From: an uncultured Bifidobacteriaceae bacterium
Lineage (GTDB): Bacteria; Actinomycetota; Thermoleophilia; Miltoncostaeales; Miltoncostaeaceae
Direction of reading: 5' to 3'
Length of the DNA stretch: 64,000 nt
NCBI GenBank assembly: GCA_964406645.1
Contig: CAYOSM010000001.1
Location: 5,564 to 69,563 of the forward strand
Every line of letters starts with the position of its first letter. The stretch's first letter is position 1. A model generated the notes under the pieces. The model saw only the letters and a list, made by a program, of their open reading frames with translations. It was not told where the DNA came from and ran no database searches. Below, piece after piece: positions 19,440-27,900 of this stretch. The translations under genes were made by a program, and so were the position numbers.

Positions 19440-20189
19440 GTGACCGAGCCCACGACAGAAACCAGGGAGATCAGCGTTCTCGTCTGCGAAGACGCCGAAC
19501 TCCAGATGAACACATTCAAGGAGGCCGTCGCCGGCACCTTCGAGGGTGTCACCATCAGCCAGTACGGATTCACGGCGATGTCCGTCGCCGACGCCGTGCA
19601 GCGGGCAACGCGAGCATCCGTGGACATCGTCCTCATTGACGACCACCTCCCGAGAGCACACGGTCAGAGCCCGGAGTACACGGGTGTAGAGACCGCAATG
19701 CGCATCGCGTTGACACATGACAAAAAGGGGACGAGGTGCCCGAGACTCGTCCTTTGGACCCGTGATCCTTCGCCCGTCCGCTGTTGCGGTTTCATGCTCT
19801 GCGGTGATCACGTGCTCCCCAAGGAGATGTCGGTCGAAGCAACCCGGCGCCGCCTTCTCGCCGTGATAGAGGGCGAGCGCTGGAAGCGCCCACCGCTACC
19901 CGACGGAGTCTCTCCGGCGGACACCGACCTCATCCCCTACATCCAGGCGGGGTGGACGACCTTGGAGATCGCGGATGCAACCGGCCGCACGGAAGACTCC
20001 GTGGACTCGGCGCGTAAACGTCTGGCCAATGCCCTCGGGGTGCCAGCCGGTGCAGGGCGTGCCGTACGGATTCCACAGGCAGCGACAGCTATCGGAATCG
20101 GATGGGTCTCTCTCGGGGACCGCGACCTCCTGACCAGCCTGCAGGCCGAGTACGGCCTCCCCAAACGGAGTCGTCCGGTCGCGCGCTGA
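19440..20189 (+). CDS. Response regulator, receiver + LuxR/FixJ-type HTH
   Basis: GTG start. Receiver features ISVLVCEDAEL, DIVLIDDHLP (acceptor Asp context), RLVLWT. C-terminal HTH GWTTLEIADATGRTEDSVDSARKRLANALGV. Confidence 0.75.
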   Translation: MTEPTTETREISVLVCEDAELQMNTFKEAVAGTFEGVTISQYGFTAMSVADAVQRATRASVDIVLIDDHLPRAHGQSPEYTGVETAMRIALTHDKKGTRCPRLVLWTRDPSPVRCCGFMLCGDHVLPKEMSVEATRRRLLAVIEGERWKRPPLPDGVSPADTDLIPYIQAGWTTLEIADATGRTEDSVDSARKRLANALGVPAGAGRAVRIPQAATAIGIGWVSLGDRDLLTSLQAEYGLPKRSRPVAR

Positions 20190-20271
20190 GAATAGGATCC
20201 GCCTCTGCCCGAGGGTCGTGACCTTCCCGTCCGTTGACGCCACCTACAGGTGGCGGCGCTTCCAGTGGTGG

Positions 20272-20302
20272 GGTGTGATCGGGCTTACCTCCCGATCACA
20301 CC
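20272..20302. terminator. 12-bp perfect stem hairpin GGTGTGATCGGG-cttacct-CCCGATCACACC (candidate bidirectional terminator)
   Basis: Read from the sequence. Lies 83 nt after the RR stop on the plus strand and 83 nt after the micro-ORF stop on the minus strand. No strong U-tract. Confidence 0.5.
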
Positions 20303-20384
20303 GTTCGACTTCCGAGGTTACCTCGAAAGGAGAGCGCCCCGCGTGTGAGGCCCGCCGTGCGTCATACGTCAGACGCGAGCACTG

Positions 20385-20477
20385 TCAGCCCTTGCACCAC
20401 CACGGACACGCCTTGTGGTTACCCTCTTTGCAGTGGGCACACTTGGAGCCTCTCTCAGTTTCACATGCACAAGCCAT
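20385..20477 (-). CDS. 30-aa cysteine-rich micro-protein MACACETERGSKCAHCKEGNHKACPWWCKG (metallothionein-like or zinc-binding)
   Basis: Hand-translated from the minus strand: ATG at 20477, TGA at 20387-20385. AAGGAG (complement of 20483-20488) lies 5 nt upstream of the ATG. 6 Cys + 2 His in 30 aa (CxC, CxxC, CxxxC). The 20272-20302 hairpin follows. Below the ORF-track length cutoff. Confidence 0.55.
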   Translation of the reverse strand: MACACETERGSKCAHCKEGNHKACPWWCKG

Positions 20478-20813
20478 ACCAACTCCTTCTGTCGTGTTCA
20501 CTCGTATCAATCGATTCGCACCGCAGGTACATCAGTCTATCACCCCCCCGACCCGACTACATAGACGAATCACCGCGGCACCACGAACACAGGCACGACT
20601 GGTGGTCACGAACATGCCGTCGGCGCCATTTCTCCGCGCATAACGATGCGGCGAGTGCCCACACATCGCATCTCGATTCATGCAGATACTACGTGACCTT
20701 CCTCTAACGCCAATAGCCACTATCATCGGTGCCTTGCAAGCGGCCATCCGCAACCGAACGGGTCTGAGCCACACACACCCAGCGCCTTCTGCAAGCACAA
20801 CCAAAGGACTCAC

Positions 20814-21650
20814 ATGGGTTTCTTCTTGAAACGTAAGTCAGCACCCACGTTGCCCGTGACACAGAGCGACCTGGCACGTCTCGGCTCCACCGGATTCGGG
20901 GGGGAGTCGCCCTTCCCCCCAGGACTCGCGCCGATCATGACGGAGCTCGACCAGATCGCGCTTCGCTGCATCGAACTGTACGGAGCCCACTCGATGCTAG
21001 GCACACCGGACTGGGATCGGGCATGTACATCGCTGATCGGAGAGTTGGATCAACTCGTCGACGATGACCCATGGGCGGGTATCGGAGCGCTATGCGCATC
21101 GGAGAACCTGGTCACCAACCGGGAGCTCCCGGCCTATGTGTCGCTCCTTGAAATGGGCCTGACCTTTCTTCGCACCGATGGTGTCGCGCTCGCCGCACTT
21201 CCCCAGAGTTGGGTCACCCACTACACGAAGAAGAACACGTTCACCTCGTGGCCCGGGAGTATGGACTACCTACCACCCGAGCAGGTCGGCGATCCCGGCG
21301 TGAATCTGGCTATCCCCAACGTCGGGGATTCGGTTGTCCTGGCGCGTACGCACTTCAGCGGATTCGAGCGCGAACTTTGCGCCGAACGCCGCGAGACCGA
21401 CCGCATCGTGGCCGTCTTGGAGGGCGCCACTCCCGAGAGAACCTCACAGCGGTGGGACTGGACGCTTGCCGACGGGCCCGTTCAAGGGAGCAACGACTAC
21501 ACCTTCTGCATGGCATTCGGAGACGCCGTGGGGTTCCCACCCACAATCTGGTGTGACCCGCGCATCGCATCGTTCTTCCCACGGCGTCCACGGACCCGGC
21601 AGCAGATGCGGGAGATCGCACGCGCACAACCGGCCGACGGCGGGATCTGA
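20814..21650 (+). CDS. Hypothetical protein (N-terminus MGFFLKRK)
   Basis: 278-aa ORF in an AT-richer segment; no motif recognised. Confidence 0.55.
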   Translation: MGFFLKRKSAPTLPVTQSDLARLGSTGFGGESPFPPGLAPIMTELDQIALRCIELYGAHSMLGTPDWDRACTSLIGELDQLVDDDPWAGIGALCASENLVTNRELPAYVSLLEMGLTFLRTDGVALAALPQSWVTHYTKKNTFTSWPGSMDYLPPEQVGDPGVNLAIPNVGDSVVLARTHFSGFERELCAERRETDRIVAVLEGATPERTSQRWDWTLADGPVQGSNDYTFCMAFGDAVGFPPTIWCDPRIASFFPRRPRTRQQMREIARAQPADGGI

Positions 21651-21936
21651 CAGCGTACGTCGGTATCAACGCATAGTGCGGAATCAACGGGCCATTCCAG
21701 TTCTCGTATGGCGGGCGGTTTCGGATGCGGGGGGTGACGGCTTGGCGGCTCCTCCGATTGTCTCCACCGTCTCCTCGCGCAACGGCAACCGCGGGTCCTC
21801 CAGATTGGCCTCCTGCACCAACCCCACCTGTCCGCTGCCTGGTCTCTGCGAGCAAATTCGCCCTGAAGAATGGGTGCCCTCAGCCTTTCCATGAATAGCT
21901 TCTCGACTAACCTACGGTCGCTTGATCGCGCCGAAG

Positions 21937-22845
21937 CTACATTGGACGGACTAGCGGATCCATGCGGCCGGATGTTGCCAAGCGCAGGCGCGCGATGCTG
22001 TGCCAGCACAGCATTTCCGCCGCGACGTCATCGCGGTTAAGCCAAAGATCCCAAATGTTCCCGGGGCCCTGCCATTGACTCAGCAAGACGCAGGCCGCAC
22101 CGCCGAGACTCTTGGCGGCTTCCCGCACGGCTCCACTCGCTTGTTGCGCGCCCAAGGCCTCGTCTGTCGCGCCCATCAGACGCATCGCGTCATCTGCTAC
22201 CTGTGGATCCTTGCTTTCCACGAGCAGATCGACGACGACCATAGAACCACACTGTCGGCAGTCGTCCGGGCTTTCGAGCCGATGGAATACGCACTGCATA
22301 GCTTCTTCCAGACCCGAGCCTTCTCCGAATGGCATGCCGAGCCTGTCCGGAGTTGCGAAAATACGCAGGTCGTCGATGAGATCGTGGAGACGTTGCAGTT
22401 GCGCATCTCCGGTTGGGGACGCTGCCGTTGGATCAGCGACCTCCGATCCATTGCGACTCACGTGCACGGCCTCACGAAGACCGTTCGAGAATGACTCGGC
22501 TTGCTCAGGACTTGCAAAGTACGCGGTAGCCGGACTTCCGGTGGCGGTCTCAAAGTAAGCCTCCCAAGTCGGTCCGACTCCTCGAAGGGGGCGAAACCCA
22601 GTGTTCACGACATCAGTGAGTTCAACTGTCACCGTCGGCTTTGACTTGCCGAAGATCTTGTCCTTCGCCACGAGTAGCCGTTGACTTGTAATAAGCAGCA
22701 TAGGTGCCTGAAGATCGTGCGACCTGTGTTTGAACATCAGCGACCACGCCCCTACCAAGGGTTCCTCACTATGGCGCAGCGACTGCACCAAAGCCGCGAT
22801 GACCTTCGGGCTCGGCTGCGCACCCTCGACTTCCCTGTAGGCCAT
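21937..22845 (-). CDS. Hypothetical protein with possible bacterial PH (YokE-like) N-terminal domain
   Basis: 302 aa. LLITSQRLLVAKDKIFGKSKPTVTVELTDVVNTGF resembles bPH-type domains; the rest is unassigned. Confidence 0.5.
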   Translation of the reverse strand: MAYREVEGAQPSPKVIAALVQSLRHSEEPLVGAWSLMFKHRSHDLQAPMLLITSQRLLVAKDKIFGKSKPTVTVELTDVVNTGFRPLRGVGPTWEAYFETATGSPATAYFASPEQAESFSNGLREAVHVSRNGSEVADPTAASPTGDAQLQRLHDLIDDLRIFATPDRLGMPFGEGSGLEEAMQCVFHRLESPDDCRQCGSMVVVDLLVESKDPQVADDAMRLMGATDEALGAQQASGAVREAAKSLGGAACVLLSQWQGPGNIWDLWLNRDDVAAEMLCWHSIARLRLATSGRMDPLVRPM

Positions 22846-23244
22846 ATGTGTCGTTCCTCGAAGTGCTGATTGTCGACGCCGACGCCGCCGGTTTGCGTAC
22901 GCCTCTACGGTCGCCGCCTAAGAAGGCGACCAACTAGCTTGAGGCTACTCCATCGCGAAGCGTTAGGCAATGCGATAGCCGGTACGAGCAACGCAACCAC
23001 ACATTGAGTTCTTCGTTCCCGGTGCCGTCGCACACGAAGAGAAACTGCTCGCGCGTAGCCCGCCGGTAGCAACAGCTACTCGCAGGCGTTTCGCTATTCA
23101 CACTCGACACGAACTCGACCGACAACGATGTGCCACGGTACACATGACGAGTAGCACTTCATATCGTTCGTCTGTCATAATTGGTCGTCGCTGCCGCAAA
23201 GAACGTCCGCAGGCATTCGGTCGGTGGACAACACGTAGAAACGA

Positions 23245-24531
23245 ATGCTCATGGGACTATTCCGCCGAAAGCACGCCGATCGCGCTCGGACAGAGGGCGC
23301 ATCAGCAGTTCGCGCGACTCTGACCAAAGCGGATTGCCGGTCCGCGCTGGAAGCGCTCGATGAGGTCGGCGCCGTTATGAACCAGGGCGACGCCCAGATC
23401 CGCGCCGCACTCACCCGCCTGGGACGACTCGCAAGCAGCTCAGATATTCCGGCCACGACCGGCGTCCCCTGGGCATGGCTCGCCGCCGCGTGCCGCACCA
23501 CGACAAGTGGATCACCGACCGAGCGCATCGCGCCACACTCGATCGCTCTGTGCGATTGGTGGCGCCGAATCTCTCCGAGCCTGACGCCGTTGGACTACCA
23601 CGACCTGGGCTTCTCCGGACTATCGGATGAGGCACACGGCGAGATCCTGGCCGCGGCACTGCCCGTACTGGAACACATGGGAGGCGTAGGACTCGACCAG
23701 TTTGCCGGTACCGGGCTGATGTCCACGGGCCAGCTGAAAGGCTTCGGCATCGGAGCGCTTGTCGACCTCGTCTCACGGGGCGTTCATGTCGACGACCGAG
23801 CCCGGGCCTTTGCCGCCCGGCCGAATGCCCTCATTGATCCGGCGCTGCTCTCGTCTCTTGCAGCGTACGCTCGAGGTGAGTTCGCGCCGCTCGACCCTGA
23901 CATCGTTCCCGCCCTGGAGGCGGAGCTCGAGGTCGCCAAGCGATTCGCGCACTTCGGCGACGACTTTGTCAAGGCCCTCGTCGGAGCGGCCTCGACGCCC
24001 AGTTGGCACGCGGTCGGGGCGGAGCGCGCGCTTCTCACTGTGACACCGATCGGGGGGACGAGCGAGTCCCTGCGTCCTCTTCTCGATGCGGCGGTCGCGC
24101 ACCTTCGCGCCCGGCTCATTCCGCCGATAATGCTAAGCGGGGTCGAGTGGAACCGTTGGCTCGATATCCGCGCCGAACGCGAGAGCCGGAACGAACCCAC
24201 GGATTGGTGGGTGCCCGCCGCCGAGCCGCAACCCGGCTCTCACGACCTACGCCCGCTATCCGACGGCGAGTCGCGCCATGTCCTCACGCTCGACCACAGT
24301 CCCGAGTCCAACATGTACTTCGTTCGCCGAGACGGGGACAAGTACATCTGGGAGAACGATCGGCCGTGGAGCATCGACGACCCGAGACGCGTTCGAAGCG
24401 AGACTTCTCGGTCGTCGAGCCTGTGGGCCCTCTACTTGGAGATGGGACGCAGCCTGGGAATGCGGCCAGCCTGGACAACGGAGGACTTCGCGCCGTTCGA
24501 TGGACTGCCTCGCCCGGATCTCTCGGCGTGA
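23245..24531 (+). CDS. Hypothetical protein (N-terminus MLMGLFRRK)
   Basis: 428-aa ORF upstream of the TraD-like ATPase; no motif recognised. Confidence 0.55.
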   Translation: MLMGLFRRKHADRARTEGASAVRATLTKADCRSALEALDEVGAVMNQGDAQIRAALTRLGRLASSSDIPATTGVPWAWLAAACRTTTSGSPTERIAPHSIALCDWWRRISPSLTPLDYHDLGFSGLSDEAHGEILAAALPVLEHMGGVGLDQFAGTGLMSTGQLKGFGIGALVDLVSRGVHVDDRARAFAARPNALIDPALLSSLAAYARGEFAPLDPDIVPALEAELEVAKRFAHFGDDFVKALVGAASTPSWHAVGAERALLTVTPIGGTSESLRPLLDAAVAHLRARLIPPIMLSGVEWNRWLDIRAERESRNEPTDWWVPAAEPQPGSHDLRPLSDGESRHVLTLDHSPESNMYFVRRDGDKYIWENDRPWSIDDPRRVRSETSRSSSLWALYLEMGRSLGMRPAWTTEDFAPFDGLPRPDLSA

Positions 24532-24757
24532 TGCCCAAAAAGGGCGACCCGAAGCCGCCCGCCAGCGCGTTCGCCCGAGAGAGACGGGCAACGGTGCTCG
24601 GAAGGGTGTCGTACACCACGGCATCCGCACGGTGGATCGTGCGCGCCACCGACAGCCAATCTCGGATACCTCGCGTGAGCCAACACGGAGAGAACGGTCA
24701 CCTCCGCGAATGTCGGCCGGCACCGAACACTGACGGATCAACTGTAGCCGGGAAGCA

Positions 24758-27271
24758 ATGAGACCTAACTCTCCTGAGATCAAAACCGTCACGCACGGTG
24801 GACGACGGGTGGCGGGACTGCAGCTCACGGAGCTTCGTGCGGATCGACGGCTGGAGTGGGCGTCGGTGCAGCGCGACATCGTCGCCTTCGTGATCGGGCT
24901 GGAGGGCTTCACCGATGCATCGGTCGTATTCCAGCTCGTCGGCCGGCCAGTGCCCGACGTCCCCGAAAGAGGGACCGTCGCAATCAACCTCCTGGCCGTC
25001 GTCGATGACACGCCGGATGCGACAGAACGCCTGAACATCGTCACAGAGGACCTGCTCGACCTGAGCACCGTCGCCCCGACGCGATGGACCTTCGAGCCGA
25101 TCGATGACGACGCGGGACTGAAGAACGCGGTCTCACCTGTTCCGACGACCCACACAGCCGAGATCGCGCGGAGCGAACATCCACTCTGGAATGACGATGC
25201 CTGGGCGGAAGCCGGGTTTCGTCCGCAGTCTCGCCAGATCCCCGCCCTTTGGGCGATGTGGCACCTCAGCCCACCGACGACTCCTGATCTCGCACGCCTC
25301 GCGCGAGTACTCCTTGCACAGGACCACCCGGTCGCGATCCGCACCATGGTTGCGCCCACAAAGCTCACCGATGTCGAGCGACGGACCCTGGAAGAGCTGA
25401 TTCAGGCGGAACGCCAGGGGCCACCGCGACGGGGACTCCACGCCGCCGCACTTCACTCGGTCGAACCGTTCCTGGTACAGCGCCAGCTGTTCGAGGTCCG
25501 CCTCACCGTCGCCAGTGGAGAGCCGCTCAGCGCCGCGCTCCTCTCGGCGCTGGGACACAGCGTCAGCGAGCCGCAGGACCCCGTCAAGGACGGCCAGATG
25601 TTGCGCGGCGGCTTCACCGTCGTGCGCGCGCGCGACGGCCGACACGACGACACGATCGCGGCAGCACACAACCTCGGGCGAGCCGACCCGCTCTCCGGCC
25701 TGGGGCCGGCCGGCCTCAGCCGACTTCGTCATCTGATGCCCGTGCGTGAAACGGCGGGGCTCGCTTGGTTGCCCGCCACCGAGGACGACTTCCCCGGCGT
25801 GGATGTGGTGAGAACCCCGGCCCTGCCGCCGGAGATCGATCGACTCCCGACGATGGGCACTCGGATCGGGCGATTGGTCGGCTTTGGCCGGCATGGCGTG
25901 CACCTCGACCCCGTGGAACGCTTCCGCCACATGTATGTATCGGGCCAGACGGGCACCGGAAAGAGCACGCTGCTCCTCAACTGCGCCCTCGACGATATCC
26001 GCCGCGGCGTCGGCGTCGTCGTCCTCGATCCCCACGGTGACCTGGTCGATGAGATCCTCGGCCGGGTACCGGATGATCGCATCGACGACGTGGTCCTCAT
26101 CGATCCCGCCGACCCGGATGCAGTCGTCGGTCTCAACCTCCTGGAGGCAGAGACCCCGACCCAGTCCTCATATGTACTCACCGAGTTGTCGGAGATGTTC
26201 CAGCGTCTGTTCGACCCCCAGAACCAGGGCATCGTCGGTCCCCGCTTCCAGACGATCTTCCGCCAATGCGCGATGCTGCTCCAGCAAAGCGATATGCCGT
26301 CGTCCTTCCTGGACGTCACCACGCCGCTGGCGGATCAGGCGGTGCGACAAGAGATGCTCCAACAGGTCACGGACCCAATCCTCCTCGAATTCTGGCACGG
26401 GGAGATGACGCAGAACAAGAGCAACGAACAATGGGAGGTCATCGCCTGGGTGCGGTCCAAGTTCGAGGTCTTCCGCACGTCCCCGCTACTGCGTCGGGTG
26501 CTCGGCCAGACATCGTCCACGGTCTCGTTCACTGATGCCCTCGCATCGCAACGGATCATCCTGGTGAACCTCTCGAAGGGACTCCTCGGGGAGTACAACT
26601 CCGCGATGCTCGGGTACCTCGTCTTCATGAAGCTCTGGGCTGCCGCGCTCGAGCGGGTCGCGATCCCCGCTGATGAACGACCCGAGGTCCAGGTCTACGT
26701 CGACGAGTTCCAGAACATGACGAATCGCTCGCTGCCCGACGTGCTGTCCGAAGCACGGAAGTTCCGTCTGGGCCTGACACTGGCCAATCAGTTCTTCACG
26801 CAGATCCCCGAGGACACGCGCGATTCCCTGATGGGCAACGTAGCGACGAGGATCACGCTCCGGATGGGGCCACGCGACGCGGGGGCCTTCGCAACATGGC
26901 TGGGCGAGGACGTCGGGGCGCGAGAGGTGACCTCGCTTCCCAACTACACGGCGATCGCCGCGACGAGCGCCCGTGGCGTTCCAATCGACCCGATGGTCGT
27001 CCAGTTGAGCGCTCCTGACGACGACTACGACCGTGACCGCGCGGCCGAGGTGCGGCGTCGATCCAACGCGCGCTGGGCAACACCGATCGACGGCCTCGAC
27101 CACGCCTTCTTCACGCGTTGGGCACAGGTGGACGGTTCGTTCGCACAGCGCGCCGCCGCTGCACGCGTCCCGAAGGAGCCCGAGCCCGACACCACGTTCA
27201 TCGACGACTGGCTGCAGAGTGATGAGCGACGCCACGATAGGACGCCGGCTCCGACGCCGGACCCGGAATGA
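24758..27271 (+). CDS. TraD/VirD4 (type IV coupling protein)-like P-loop ATPase with ~370-aa unknown N-terminal region
   Basis: Walker A YVSGQTGTGKSTLL; Walker B and TraM-recognition-type block VQVYVDEFQNM ... ARKFRLGLTLANQFFTQI; LVNLSKGLLGE. No TM segments noted. Confidence 0.8.
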   Translation: MRPNSPEIKTVTHGGRRVAGLQLTELRADRRLEWASVQRDIVAFVIGLEGFTDASVVFQLVGRPVPDVPERGTVAINLLAVVDDTPDATERLNIVTEDLLDLSTVAPTRWTFEPIDDDAGLKNAVSPVPTTHTAEIARSEHPLWNDDAWAEAGFRPQSRQIPALWAMWHLSPPTTPDLARLARVLLAQDHPVAIRTMVAPTKLTDVERRTLEELIQAERQGPPRRGLHAAALHSVEPFLVQRQLFEVRLTVASGEPLSAALLSALGHSVSEPQDPVKDGQMLRGGFTVVRARDGRHDDTIAAAHNLGRADPLSGLGPAGLSRLRHLMPVRETAGLAWLPATEDDFPGVDVVRTPALPPEIDRLPTMGTRIGRLVGFGRHGVHLDPVERFRHMYVSGQTGTGKSTLLLNCALDDIRRGVGVVVLDPHGDLVDEILGRVPDDRIDDVVLIDPADPDAVVGLNLLEAETPTQSSYVLTELSEMFQRLFDPQNQGIVGPRFQTIFRQCAMLLQQSDMPSSFLDVTTPLADQAVRQEMLQQVTDPILLEFWHGEMTQNKSNEQWEVIAWVRSKFEVFRTSPLLRRVLGQTSSTVSFTDALASQRIILVNLSKGLLGEYNSAMLGYLVFMKLWAAALERVAIPADERPEVQVYVDEFQNMTNRSLPDVLSEARKFRLGLTLANQFFTQIPEDTRDSLMGNVATRITLRMGPRDAGAFATWLGEDVGAREVTSLPNYTAIAATSARGVPIDPMVVQLSAPDDDYDRDRAAEVRRRSNARWATPIDGLDHAFFTRWAQVDGSFAQRAAAARVPKEPEPDTTFIDDWLQSDERRHDRTPAPTPDPE

Positions 27272-27606
27272 GCGACGACTGGTTCGACGAACAGTTCTTC
27301 CATCGGGACGTCGGGCTGGTCGGGCTGCCCGCTGAGGCCGTCGAGGAGCTTGCCACCCTCTGTCAAGAGGAACTCGAGCTACGGGTCGGGCGCGCCATCT
27401 TCGCGATGTTCACGCCCGAGCAGTTCGAGGAGTTCGAGTCACTCCAGAACGATCCGCCCGCTGCTGTCGAGTGGCTGGACCGGGTGTGCCCGCAACGACC
27501 GGAGATTGTCGCGGCTGAGATGGAGGGGATCGTCCGAGCCCTGCACAAACGTGCGCCTGAGATCCGTAAGCGGTACGGCATATGGAACCTCTTCGACGAG
27601 AGTTAA
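27268..27606 (+). CDS. Small acidic hypothetical protein translationally coupled to the TraD-like ATPase
   Basis: 112 aa; its ATG overlaps the upstream stop (ATGA at 27268-27271). Confidence 0.6.
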   Translation: MSDDWFDEQFFHRDVGLVGLPAEAVEELATLCQEELELRVGRAIFAMFTPEQFEEFESLQNDPPAAVEWLDRVCPQRPEIVAAEMEGIVRALHKRAPEIRKRYGIWNLFDES

Positions 27607-27900
27607 GCGGTGGTGAACTGGCCGGATGTTCCAAGGGTCTCCGCATACCGGTGGTGCCCGACACGCGACGCCACACAGAGTGGCTCTTCGCGGAGGATCT
27701 GTTCCCGCGTTACCTCAGTCTTCTCGTACCCATCGTGTGAACCTCCTCCACCCACCACCGTGGACTAGAAGCCAGAACCCACACAACCACAAGACCCACC
27801 CGACGGGTCACGCCACGGGAGATCGGGCGATCAGCGCCGCAACTCAGCACATGCTCTTTGTCCAGGACACGCAACCGGTGTCCGTGGGAGAATCGCACTT

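Noticed and set aside
22934-23143. 69-aa minus-strand ORF in the divergent spacer between 21937-22845 and 23245-24531
   Set aside because: No RBS or motif and a codon pattern atypical for this genome. There is insufficient support to call a gene.
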